This document shows, one piece after another, positions 14,501-26,636 of a stretch of 64,000 nt of DNA (positions within the stretch are counted from its first letter, which is position 1; each line of letters begins with the position of its first letter). Both the position numbers and the translations under genes were made by a program. The stretch lies in assembly GCA_050084985.1 (NCBI GenBank), contig JBITNC010000001.1, positions 146,630,001-146,694,000 on the forward strand. The letters are read 5' to 3'. Under the pieces are notes generated by a model, which was not told the DNA's origin, made no database searches, and was given only the letters and a program-made list of their open reading frames with translations. This stretch comes from Nageia nagi (lineage: Eukaryota; Plantae; Pinophyta).

Positions 14501-15888
14501 TAAATGAGTCATTTCTTTAGATATACCTCAAAATATAATTTTTCATGGTATATCTAACTATTTATACTAGATAAATAAAAATTCATACATAAATGCTCAT
14601 TTGCACATTCCTCATGGACCCATATGAAAAAGAAGGAGTCATTCATTAATTCCCATATTCTTTACCTTCATATTGTTCAAAGAATGATCTTTCGAGAAAA
14701 ATAATTATATGTGTAAGCTACATATTTATTCTCATCATGATTAAAAAATCACTAATCTAAAATGATAATTTACGTTTCATGATGCATATATGTAAACAAG
14801 ACATAATAATATTTTTATTATATTTCTAGACTAGGTAAAGTTGAAAAAATATATCACATACCTATTTGAAATCTATGTGGGAAGGTTGTTCTAAATAAAA
14901 TGGTTCATCATTCATACCAGATAGAATCTCCCACATACAAATAACCAAAAAACTATCAAGCATCAAAATAAATACAAGGAAAAGATCTTATGTTATTTCC
15001 AAGGGACAAAGGTATTCACACATCTTTGAGGAGGTGAATTATGATAAGGTGGAATAGAATATAAAGAAATCATATTTACAACTAACATGAGCTTAGTTCA
15101 TATTATATATGTAAAGAATTGATATAAATATAGTATGCAACGACCTCAAAGATAAAATCATGTTAAGGTGCTTTATAACCTTTACAAGCTTTTTATGTAT
15201 ACAAAAGTAAAACATAAATATACATAATACATATTTAAGATTTACATATTTTGATAAATATAATAATTTGAATAATTAGATGTTATTCATTACATACATA
15301 AATTTATTAAAAGTTAAAATATCATGTATATATTTAAATATGTATCAGTATCATATAATTATGCTTTTTATTTAATAATATACATATCTAAAATCTCTCC
15401 AATAAAAATATAAAATAACAATATACATATAAAAATTAGAAAATATTTTTTACCTTAGTAACCATTGATTGTAGATATTTACAAAAAGTAAATATATAAC
15501 TTATACAAATAGTTTGTATATTTAAAGATAACAAATAAATACCAAAAGAGAAGAATTGATATAAATTTTATTATTTTATGTAATAAAAAAATTAACATAA
15601 TCATAAATTTTGCATGAATATTGTAACATAATCTATGAAAAATATAACGGTAAAAAATTGATTACTCAAAATATAAAAATATTTAACGTACATCTAAAAC
15701 TCAAAAATAAAAAATTTGAACATTCCAAATAAAATAACCTACACAAGCTTTTTAAAACCATGCATGAAACTATGATGTCTAATGTTATGTCGACTATGGT
15801 CCAAGAAAAAGCGTTCATAAGATCCTCAATAAGTTATGTTAATTTTTTGTTTTGCATCAAGGTTTTTGAAGTTTTTTTTTCTTGACAA

Positions 15889-15963
15889 TTTGAGGATATC
15901 AAAGAGCTAGGAATGGTGCCCATGGAGAAAACGATACATAATGGTATTAAGGGAATAGTGTAC
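15889..15963 (+). pseudogene. ABCG pseudo-exon copy 2, 5' part
   Basis: FEDIKELGMVPW/EKTIHNGIKGIVY; the acceptor is mutated to caa and the fragment ends abruptly at the copia gag. Confidence 0.8.
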
Positions 15964-15964
15964 A

Positions 15965-18900
15965 ATGGCTGATACTAGCATCCCATCCTCCCTTGATGCC
16001 ATTAATAATCCTTTCTTCCTACATCCATTGGATAATCCAAGGACTAATCTCATCAGCCATCCCCTCACCAGTGACAACTACAGTACCTGGTGCTGCACCA
16101 TGCTCATGGCACTTACGGCAAAAAACAAGGTAGGCTTCATTGATGGAACCATTCCCAAACATGTAAAAGACCACGCATACCACCCTACTTGGGTTAGGGT
16201 CAACAACATGGTTTCATCACGGTTGTTGAACTCCATCCATCATGATCTGGCTCCCTCTATCCTCTATGCTAATTCTGCTTCCGTTATATGGAAAGACTTG
16301 CATGATCATTTCTCTCCATCCAATGGACCTCGTAGCTTCTCTTTGGAGTGAGCAATTGCCACTCTATAATAGAATAAAGATTCTATCGCCAAATACTACA
16401 ATATCTTGAAGAGCTGTTAGGATGAACTGTCCACATACATCACTCTACCTGCATGCACTTGCAATGCCGCTCACACCTTTGCTGAGCACTCTCAAAATCG
16501 ACGGTTAATGTAATTTCTCATGGGACTAAGCGATACATATGCACATGCTCGTAGCCAAATTTTGCTCATGGATCCAGTCCCTTCTCTGAGTCGTGCTTAT
16601 TCCTTGATCTTACAAGATGAGTCATAGTACCTTCTTCAATCTCTACCTACATCTGATGGCTCAGCCATGATGGCTTCTTCTACAAATGCTGCTTCAGGCT
16701 CTCATGCAAATGTAGCTGTACGTTCTCATTCGACTGATCAATGTCCAAAATACAAATCTAAGGAGCATTGTACTTACTACCATATCCTCGGTCACACTCG
16801 TGATGTCTGTTACAAGTTGAACGGCTACCCACCAAATCACAAATTTGGAAATTGTCCACCAAAACGTCAAGGGCCTTCTGATTCCAACACATCTTCGGCT
16901 CCTTCCATGGCTTCTATGACACCTTCTCTTACTTTTGATCAATACCAATAGTTGCTAAGCTTCCTGAATGAGGTAACTGCTTAGCCTACTACCAACCTTA
17001 CAGGTATGACTCTTTGCTTACACTCATTTGTTCATTCACCTTCCACATGGATAATAGACTCAGGGGCTTCTGATCATGTCACTGTTGTTCCTAACTTATT
17101 GCATAATACCAATCCGCCATCAGTTTCTTCCTCATCTATTTGCATACTAGATGGTAGTTTCATACCAATCACATGTTCTGGGCAATCTAAACTCACTCCC
17201 AATATCACCCTTTTCAATGTTTTGTGTGCACCTACTTTTAAACATAATCTTCTTTCACTTCATAAACTCACCATTCATTTAAACTACTCAGTAACATTTT
17301 TTCCCTCTTATTGTATTTTTTAGGACCTCTCAACGAGGAAGGAGATTGGTTGGGGCCATGAACGCGGAGGTCTCTACTATCTTGATCTTGACCCATCCCA
17401 TGTTGCCCTTGCATCTACATCCCTTTCATTCGAACTATGGCATCAATGATTAGGCCATCCTGCTCCAGACTAACTCAATAAATTATAGACTACTCTCTCT
17501 TTTTCATCCAATAATGTTCCTTCTGCCTGTGATATTTGCCCTCTTGCAAAGCAGCATCGTTTACCTTTCCCATCTAGTTTGATTTGTACTACTGCACCTT
17601 TTGAATTAATACATTACGATATTTGGGGATGTTATTCTAGTTCAACCAATGGTGCTCGTTATTTTTTAACTATTGTTGATGATTTTACACGTTGCACATG
17701 GACATTTCTTATGAAACTTAAGTCTAATACTTATGGCCTTATCTGTAATTTTTTTGCACATGTTCGAACTCAATATAATTGTTCAATTAAACAAATCCGA
17801 ACTGATAATGGTTCTAAATTTTTTTCCAAGGTTATGCAATCCTTTTTCAATAATCATGGTGTTCTCCACCAACATAGTTGCGTTGCCACACCCCAACAAA
17901 ATGGTGTCGTTGAACGAAAGCACCGTCATCTTCTAAATGTAGCTCGTGCACTTTGCTTCCAAGCTCAACTCCCTCCTTCCTTTTGGAGTGATTGCATTCT
18001 CACTGCTACATATTTGATCAATTGCATTCCAACACCCATTCTTAATGGTTGCACACCCTATGAGATCCTCTTTCAAAAGCCTCCCTCATATGACCATTTA
18101 AGAGTCTTTGGTTGCCTTTGTTATGCCTCCTATGGGCATTTACACCATGATAAATTTGGACCTCGAGCAAGATGGTGTATTTTTGTCGGCTACCCTCCTG
18201 GACAAAAAGGCTACCATCTCTTTGATCTTGAAACATATCAGTACTTTTCTAGTAGAGATGTTGTCTTTCACAAAACTATTTTTCCTTACACAGACCATTC
18301 CACAGAACAAAATACTATGCTACCTCTTCCCATTCCTGATTACTCTTCCATAACCACCTCTTCACCCATTTCGATTGTACCTACTTCTATACAGAATGAT
18401 CGACCTCTGGAGGACACCCTCAAGCCTAGTCCCCACACCTCTTTTGAAATCACAAACCCACCCTCCTCACCTCCTACACCCACCCCACAACCCATTAGCC
18501 CACAAGCCATAGCTCCATCTAATGATACACGTCGATGCAGCGGATCCACTCGCCCACCATCCCATCTACGAGATTATTTCTGCGGTCATGTACACCCCAC
18601 CACTAATTCTTCCACGAGTGGTCCTGCATCGACAGGTATACAATATCCAATTTCTCATTTCCTCTCTTATCATAAGTTTAGCCCTACCCATCGTACATTT
18701 CTTTGCTCAATTTATAATGAACAAGAACCCACCTCTTTTAATGTGGCTAACAAACATCCTATGTGGAAGGAAGCAATGGCAGCTGAGATTAAAGCATTAG
18801 AGCAAACCAATACATGGACTCTCACCACTTTACCTCCAGGGAAGCATCCTATTAGCTGCAAATGGGTTTATAAAATCAAGCACCGATCAGATGGTTCCAT

Positions 18901-20254
18901 CGAGCAATACAAAGCTCAACTTGTTGCTAAGGGCTTCACTCAGACTGAGGGCCTGGACTATAATAAGACTTTTGCCCCTATTGCCAAACTTGTTACTATG
19001 CATTGTCTCTTAGCTGTTGCCACCATCCGGGGTTGGCATTTATATCAGATGGATGTCAACAACGCTTTCCTTCATGGTGACTTAGATGAGGAAGTTTACA
19101 TGAAAATTCCACCTGGATTCTCCAAACAGGGGGAGCATCGAGTTTGCCATCTTAACAAATCAATTTACGGTCTCAAACAAGCCTCTCATAATTGGTTTGC
19201 CAAATTTTCTTCAGCTCTTCTTGATGCCGGGTTTTCTCAATCTAAGGTAGATTACTCCTTGTTCACCTCATATCAAGGCAGTTCTTTTATAGTTGTTCTT
19301 GTTTATGTTGATGACATTATCATCACCGGTAATGATCCTGCCTCCATTACTAAATTGAAGCGGTTTCTTAACTCCAAATTTCATATTAGAGATTTAGGCA
19401 AACTCAAATATTTTCTTAGGATCGAGGTTGCTCGCTCTAAACAGGGCATTTTTCTCTCCCAACAAAAATATGCCTTGGATATACTCGCTGATCTTGGAAC
19501 TCTTGGGGGACGCACTTGTGATTCTCCAATGGAGCAAAATCTCAAACTAAATCCTGTTGATGGCTCTCTACTACAATATCCTTCTTCCTATAGCCATTTA
19601 GTAGGCCGCCTTTTGTATTTGACAATCACTCGGCTTGATCTTGCTTACTCTGTGAATGTTCTCAGTCAATTCATGAGTCAACCACGTGATCCACATTGGC
19701 AAGCTACGCTTCGTGTTGCTCGATACATCAAGTCTTGCCCAGGCTCTGGCATCCTTCTCTCATCCTCAAGCCAACTTCTTTTAATTGCCTATTGTGATTC
19801 TGATTGGGGTGCTTGTCCCACTACCAGACGTTCCATCACTGGGTACTGCACGTTTCTTGGTGACAGTCCCATATCTTGGAAATCAAAGAAATAATACACA
19901 CTCTCTAGATCTTCAGCTGAAGCTGAGTACCATGCAATGGCTTTCACATCATCTGAAATCACTTGGCTTCAATATTTACTGCATGATCTCAGGGTATTTA
20001 AACACTCAGCCACTCTTTATTGCGACAATCAAGCTGCACTTCATATTGCTTCCAATCCGGTTTTTCACAAGGGAACAAAACATATTGAGATAGATTGTCA
20101 TTTTATCCGTGATAAAATTCAAGATGGCACTTTAAATACTGCTTATGTTCCATCTACTCGTCAGCTTGCCGACGTATTCACCAAAGCTTTGGTCAAAGAT
20201 CATTTCCATAGTCTTATTTGCAAGTTGGTTTTTGCACTACACTCTCCAACTTGA
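15965..20254 (+). pseudogene. Copia gag-pol polyprotein, one frame with multiple premature stops
   Basis: ORFs at 15965, 16667, 17006, 17579 and 19937 share one frame. Motifs: degenerate zinc knuckle CTYYHILGHTRDVC, protease WIIDSGASDH, integrase IRTDNG/QNGVVERKHRH, RT QMDVNNAFLHG/YVDD, RNase[29 protein letters not shown]. Confidence 0.95.
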
Positions 20255-20261
20255 GGGGGAG

Positions 20262-20462
20262 TATTGATAGAATCATTGTATATCTTTGTATATGTTTGTA
20301 TATATCTTTACACCTGTAGTTTCCTTATTTTTACTGTAGGTTTCCTTAAAATAAGGAATCACTTTCTATTCCTACATTTGGTACAGTCCATCTTTCCTGT
20401 ATATATTTAAATGATGTTAATGAGAAAGACATCAATTTGTCACCAATATTCCAATCTTGACA
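20262..20462 (+). repeat. 3' LTR of the copia element
   Basis: Starts tattga directly after the PPT and ends ttgaca directly before host tatatcgaacaag; contains a TATA-like tatatatttaaa. Confidence 0.75.
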
Positions 20463-20780
20463 TATATCGAACAAGATGAAGCGCAAGGTCAACTTCGTGA
20501 TAAAAGATGATATTATCTACCTTCATCTAACTGTTAGGATACCTTAGTCTACATTGTACTGCTTAACATGCCTCGGGCAATGTCAACACAGGACAAGTGA
20601 GCCCATTTGGAGAGTATTATTTCTAAACTCCGGTAGAAGAGACGTAGAAATATGATCATGTATGGATGAGCATCGGGCATGAGATGATGAGGAATCCACC
20701 TTCCATTTGGATGAGTCCACCTTGGGCCTCGACTCCTCCACTACCCTATGCATAACAGTTACGCTGGAGAACTTTGCGTG
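20463..20780 (+). pseudogene. ABCG pseudo-exon copy 2, 3' part
   Basis: SNKMKRKVNFVIKDDIIYLHLTVR...DK*AHLESIISK...MSIGHEMMRNP...LDESTLGLDSSTTLCITVTLENFA. Confidence 0.88.
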
Positions 20781-21054
20781 CAAAACCTTCAGAAACCCCA
20801 ACTACCTTAAATCGCCATTCTATACACGAGCTGGAAACTAAGGTTGTTGCAATCTAAAATCTAACAAAATTATTATGTACACCCACTACCTACATATGTC
20901 CTTTACATCTGCCTTCACATGCTATTCAAAGTGAGTATATTGAATCTAATAACATTTCAATCCAAACACTATTGAAATTCAAAGAATGATTTGTTATTGA
21001 CAGTTTTCATACTTTAAATTTTGACAAACTAAAATCTTAAGGAATTAAAAAGTT

Positions 21055-21380
21055 ATAAATTACAGATAAACAAACTGTACAGTATTACACTAAGTATCGC
21101 AGCCAATAAACATGAAAATACCTTAAAAGAATTTGCTTTCATATTCAGAGACAGCCACGGGATTCTTGTCTGATGATGCGGCAGATATATGCAATAAATA
21201 TGCAATCACAGTTCTCCTTGTCAGCGTAGCAGCCTTACTATGAAACGGATAGTTAAAACGCAAGACACTTTCTAGTAGGCATGGTATGCAGAACATATGA
21301 CGGCAATTGAAGTGTTCTCTTGTTCAGTCGCCTTCTCTTCTTATCAGATCTGCAAGGTTCACTTTTCCAGCAGCTCTATC
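21055..21380 (-). pseudogene. Convergent deleted gene fragment (possibly F-box-derived), copy 2
   Basis: Reverse complement of 55413-55733; includes a 57-aa ORF at 21123-21296. Confidence 0.3.
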
Positions 21381-21469
21381 CTCCAAATCGCACAAACATA
21401 GAAAGTGATTAGTTAGAAAGCATGAATTAGAAGGCACATTCATAACTGGAAAACCCTTCATTATATTGT

Positions 21470-21600
21470 CCTATCTCCAACGGACAAATTTTCTAAAACG
21501 ACTCATCTCCTCTGATCGCCAACGAATGGATTCTTGTAGTCTCCAACCGATAGAATTTTCAAAACTTTTTATAGTCTCCAATTTCCAATGGCTATGAATA
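21470..21600. promoter_or_regulatory. MSA-like cluster, copy 2 (partly mutated)
   Basis: ctccaacggac at 21475 is intact; the others read gccaacgaat, ctccaaccgat and tccaatggcta. The distal E2F/ABRE-like segment is deleted. Confidence 0.4.
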
Positions 21601-23539
21601 TGCTTCATTCCTTTCCACAGAATCTTTGTTGGATGTGCGAAAGGTGATACCATTATCTGCTGCAACTATTGAAAAAACTGTTGAGATATATCATGCCAAA
21701 TACTATGTGTCTGTCATCTAGTTCTCTTAAACCTTCTTTAATTTTATTTTTGTAATAAAGTTTTTAAAAATTTATTTATTTCAAGGTTCTAATAAATAGA
21801 ATTTGATTAAATGATTAATTACATAATTCATTTTACATAAATAAATAGAATTTGATTAAATGATTAATATTTAAAAAAAAGATATTAATATATTAGATTT
21901 TTTTTTTTTTTTTTTTTTTGCAAAATGCTATCAAGAACTCAATATAAAAAGAGTTATTCTTCTATCTATTTTTATGGTCCAATTGGTATACGCCTATGTG
22001 ACCTATGTTGTGTAGGCATATGCCTGAGGGTATGTTCTTACATGATTGTACATACTTTTAATGATTATACATTTTAATAAAAATAGATAATATTCAAAAA
22101 AATTTTATATATTATATATATTGCATCAAATTAAAATAATAGAATTATTGAAATTAAAATAAAATAATTTGTATATTAAAAAAATAGGGATCTTTTGTAA
22201 ATAAAATAGAGATATCTCAAAAAAAAAGAAAAGGGAGTCCTATACATTTGTTTTAACCAGAAAAAGAAAATTCTTTTTTTATCAAAATAAATAATTTGTT
22301 ACAAAAATTATAGAAATTGAAGGACAATAGACTTAGGATTTATCTTACCTTAAAAGGAGAATAGCCAACCATAGCCTCTTATATGAATTGAAGGTGCAAA
22401 AAGAAAAATAATAATAATATAGAAGTACTATTACATCAACAGATCAAGATAATAAGATAAAACCCCACTTTTTAAAAATAAAAGAATGATAGCAAACCAT
22501 AAGTTTTGAACACAATATATAATATAGTAATATTATAATAATTTTAGATAAGTTTCGTATAATAATAATTTTCATAATGATAGCAAAGTAATATTATAAT
22601 AATTTTCTTAACAATTATGCAATCTATAGGAAGAGAAGAATGGATTAATTTCCAATATAACTTAATTAGAAATTTCTCCTACATTATTATAACTACTACT
22701 TAGAGAGCATGAGATGAGTGTCTCATGAACTCTAAGTTAACAATTTTACCACTATAAGAATATGCCACCTTCCATGCTATGTACCATCACACATATGCCA
22801 AAAGCCACCTCAGGTATGCTACACACAGCCAGGCCTATCACATTACCATCAATAAGGATTTCAAAGCTAACTCACCTAGTTTTACTCAATTCAAAATAGA
22901 TGCAATAACTAGCTAATATATTATTTAATAATAAATAATATATTATTCAATATATAATAACATAAGTATATCGATTTTATTATTCCACACTATTATTTAA
23001 TATATCCTAAAGTACCAATATTATATATCTAATTTGTACTATAAATACTTAATATTAAATATTGAGGTTTATAATATAAACTCAAACAACATCAACATTG
23101 AAGAGATGAAGAAACTAAATAGAACTACCATTCATAAATCTAGAACAATAATGGAGGTAAATATATGAACTATATTAACTAAAATAAGGAGATTACACAT
23201 AGTGGCAATATAGCCAAAACTAGATACAGTAATGGAGAAAATAAAAGAAAACTTAAAGCTATAGCCTACAACAAATCAATACTCATCCAATATAATAAAA
23301 AATAATTAAAAGAATGAATAACTATCCTAATTCTACCTCAACCCTAAGATTCATGAGGAATTGGTTACAAGTAGTATTCTCACATTACATATAAATTATA
23401 GTTAGAAAAAAATTTAAGTAACACCTCACTTATCATTCTAGTAAGAATTGTAGTATTAATGTTGAGTGTTAGATAGGAGGATTGGTATTGGTTCACACAT
23501 GATTTTTCTAACTTAATAAATACTCATCCTTAATGCTAC

Positions 23540-25760
23540 CTAGAATCCTAAGGGAGTTTTTGAACTTCAAAACTAATATTTAGCCACTTCTTTTATAAAT
23601 GCATCTACTAGTTGATCATGAGTCCTACAATATCTTAGTTTAATCAGTATTTTCTCGATAATATCATGAATAAAATCATATTTCAATTTAAATTCTTTTA
23701 TATTATATGAAATACTAGATGTTGGGCAAAGTGAATGACACTAAAGTTTTTACAAAATAGTAAAGTAGGTTTATATTGTCTATCACCTATCTCCTCCAAA
23801 ATATCTTGAAGCCATAATGCTTAAGCACATACGAAAGTGAGTGTTATGTATTTTGCTTCAATTGAGGAGAGTGCCATTGATCTTTGCTTCTTCAAGTTCC
23901 ATGTGATTAATCAAAATTCTAATAAAAAGTAATTACCATAAGTAGATATTCAATCATCTAAATGTTTTTCCTAATATTAATCACTAAAACCAAATAGATC
24001 CATTCTCTCATATTGAAAGTAATGGATCCCATAATCATGATTACTCTTCACATACTGTAAAATATTATTTGCAACCTTCAAATGCAATAAACATGAATCA
24101 CTCATATACCTTGAAACCATTGAGATAACATAAGCAATATCTAATCTTATGTTGGTAGGAAATATAAATATCCCAATAATGCTCCGAAATTCCTTTAGAA
24201 TTACTTTCTCATCCCCATCGCCTTTTCACAATAGTACAATATGAGCAATAAGTGTAGGGATTAATTTAGAACTTTCCATACTATACTTCTTTGATAGCAA
24301 ATCAATTGCATATTTTATTTGATAAATAAATATTGTGTTCTTAATTTGATATACTTATTTACCAATGAAATAGTGTATTACCCCAAAATATTTTATTTTA
24401 AACTCTTACAATATATGAACCTTAAATCTCTCATTCAAAATAGAGATCATACCCATATAAATCAAGTCATACATATTGAAACCCACAACTATGATTTCAT
24501 TACCTTCTTTCTTGATATATAATGTAGGTGCAAATTTTCTCCTTTTGAATCCACTCTTATGAAAGTAGCCACCATTTTTAGTTTACCAAGCTCTTGGAGC
24601 TTGCTTGATACTTTATAGTACCTTCTTCAACTTGTACACAAAAGTTTCCTTCCCTTTTACCTCAAAATCTTAAGGTATTTGTACATAAATTTACTCATAT
24701 AAGTACTGATTTAGGAATGCACTTTTTCATCTATATGATGTATAGTCTAACACTTCAAAATATCAAAGGAAAGTACCATTCTAACATTTTATTATCTTGC
24801 TACAAGAAAAAATATATCTTCATGATCAATATCACATTTCTATGTGGATTTATTAGCAACCAAACTTGATTTAAATATTTGAACAATCCAATCCCTATTG
24901 TATTTAGTATTGTAGACCCACTTGGATCAGAAACACTTCTTTTCTATGGGAAGCTCACACAACTCCCAAGTATCATTTCTAACAATGGAATTGATTTCAT
25001 CCTTCATAACATGCAACAAGAAATTATTTGTACAAGAATGTTCATAGAAACAAGGCTAAAACATAGTAGTAGAAAGCAAAGCATAGTTTATCATGCCACC
25101 TTTAGGTTCACCATCACCTTCATCTCCATCTCTTTGGATTGTAATCTAGTCATCCTTGTTTAAAAATGTTTATCCAATACTTGATAGGGTGGATGGATTT
25201 GTAGTGCTTTAACCCTCCTTCCTATTCATCTCACTTTGAAGAAAATGTCAAATGACTCATTGCTAGAATAAGGGCTAGATTTATTTTTCTTTGGACTATT
25301 TGATATACTTTCTGAAGGAGGACTAGGTGGAAAAATAAGAGTGTTGGTGCTACCCCCATTATTGGTGTTAGACCTTGTACTTGCATTAGATATAGAAGAA
25401 GTAGATTGCCCATAATTTTACCCACCTAGTTTAATATTTTATTGCATCTTATTCCAAATAGAAGAACTTGAATGATTCTCTAAATTGATTCCATCATCAA
25501 CATATATATTTTGATGACTATAGACTTCCCCTTCATCAAAAATGATATCTTTTGATAGAATAGGCTTCCTAGTTTTATTATTGTAAATCCTATGGGCTTT
25601 TATCTTCTCGTAGTAGCCAATGAAAATAAAAACTTTACACTTTGCACTAAACTTATTACTTTATTCACAAACTACATGAGAAAATGCTTTGCACAAAAAA
25701 AAATTGAAATGATTCACATTAGGATTCTTTTGATACCAAGACTTAGGTGCTTATAATATG
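23540..25760 (-). mobile_element. Old Ty1/copia pol remnant
   Basis: Minus-strand translation gives VYKLKKVL*SIKQAPRAW (~24580-24640), KKQRSMALSSIEAKY (~23850-23895) and YCRTHDQLVDAFIK (~23595-23635), typical copia RT/RNaseH motifs in the correct order. Confidence 0.8.
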
Positions 25761-26636
25761 CCCAAATTGCATCTCTAAAATGCATATAATTTTCTGTCAA
25801 CATTATCTAAAGGAATTCAAACCTTTAGCTAAAGTTTCAACATTCATGTTCTTAAACAATGTCAACCATGAAATTTTAAGGATTCAATTAGTTATCTTCC
25901 AATAATTTACTATTTTCCTTGGATAAATAATTGTTTTAAATAAATCAAAACATGTTTTGAGAAAAAGAGGAGTTAAAAACTTGAGTTTTAGCTCATATTT
26001 TCACTTATAAGAGACACATTAGAAAATAAAACTCATTTATTCCCCTAGTTCAAGAATATATGAATTGATTCTCCCTAGGGTTTTAAAATAATTTCTTAGT
26101 TGGAAAATAAGTTTAACATCAAGGTTCCATGATGCACTTATTTAGAAACAAAAATTTGGTTCAAAACTTATGCAAATTAATCTCATATAATCTTTGAAGA
26201 GAAGAATTAAATTTCCTTCTAAGGAGGAAGTTAAATTCCTAATATCATAACATACATTTTCCCACCTGCATAAGGTTTCTCAAGGAAAATTTATTATCAT
26301 AAGAAAATAAATTTTCCCAACATTAAATTTCAAAACATTCTTATACTTGTTTTAACTAAGGTTTTCAATCTTCCAATTGAATAGCATTACCTTAGATTAA
26401 AAGTATTCCATTTTGAAATAGTTTACCAAACTAATGGTCCAAAGTGTTATCAAATGACCACTTTCAAAATTGATATTTTCATTCACTACCACTTTTCACT
26501 ATCATCATAGGATATGGGTAGTAAAATTTTTACTTATGTAAATCCAATTTAAATAGAAAGTGAATTCATTCTTTATCCTATAGTCATCAAATTTCTAATG
26601 TAACTTTAGTGATATTGATGATATCTTTAGTGATGA

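Larger units (their letters stand above)
15964..20462 (+). mobile_element. Ty1/copia LTR retrotransposon (probably Ale/Retrofit lineage), lacking 5' LTR and PBS
   Basis: Domain order gag-PR-IN-RT-RH, PPT gagggggag at 20253-20261 and one ~200 bp LTR; host ABCG sequence on both sides. Lineage is inferred from the short LTR, the size and the NPFFLHPxDNP gag start. Confidence 0.95.
11581..22700 (+). repeat. Amplicon monomer copy 2 (interrupted by copia, with several internal deletions)
   Basis: Colinear with copy 1 apart from the 4.5 kb copia insertion and deletions near 14790, 21795 and 21990. Confidence 0.9.

Noticed and set aside
15931-15972. In-frame ABCG-gag fusion protein
   Set aside because: The ABCG frame reads GTG TAC AAT GGC TGA; the gag ATG is in a different frame and gag has early stops.
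21160-21186. miR172-like stretch (attcttgtctgatgatgcggcag)
   Set aside because: It needs a gap plus mismatches to fit miR172, varies among copies, and I found no complementary hairpin arm.
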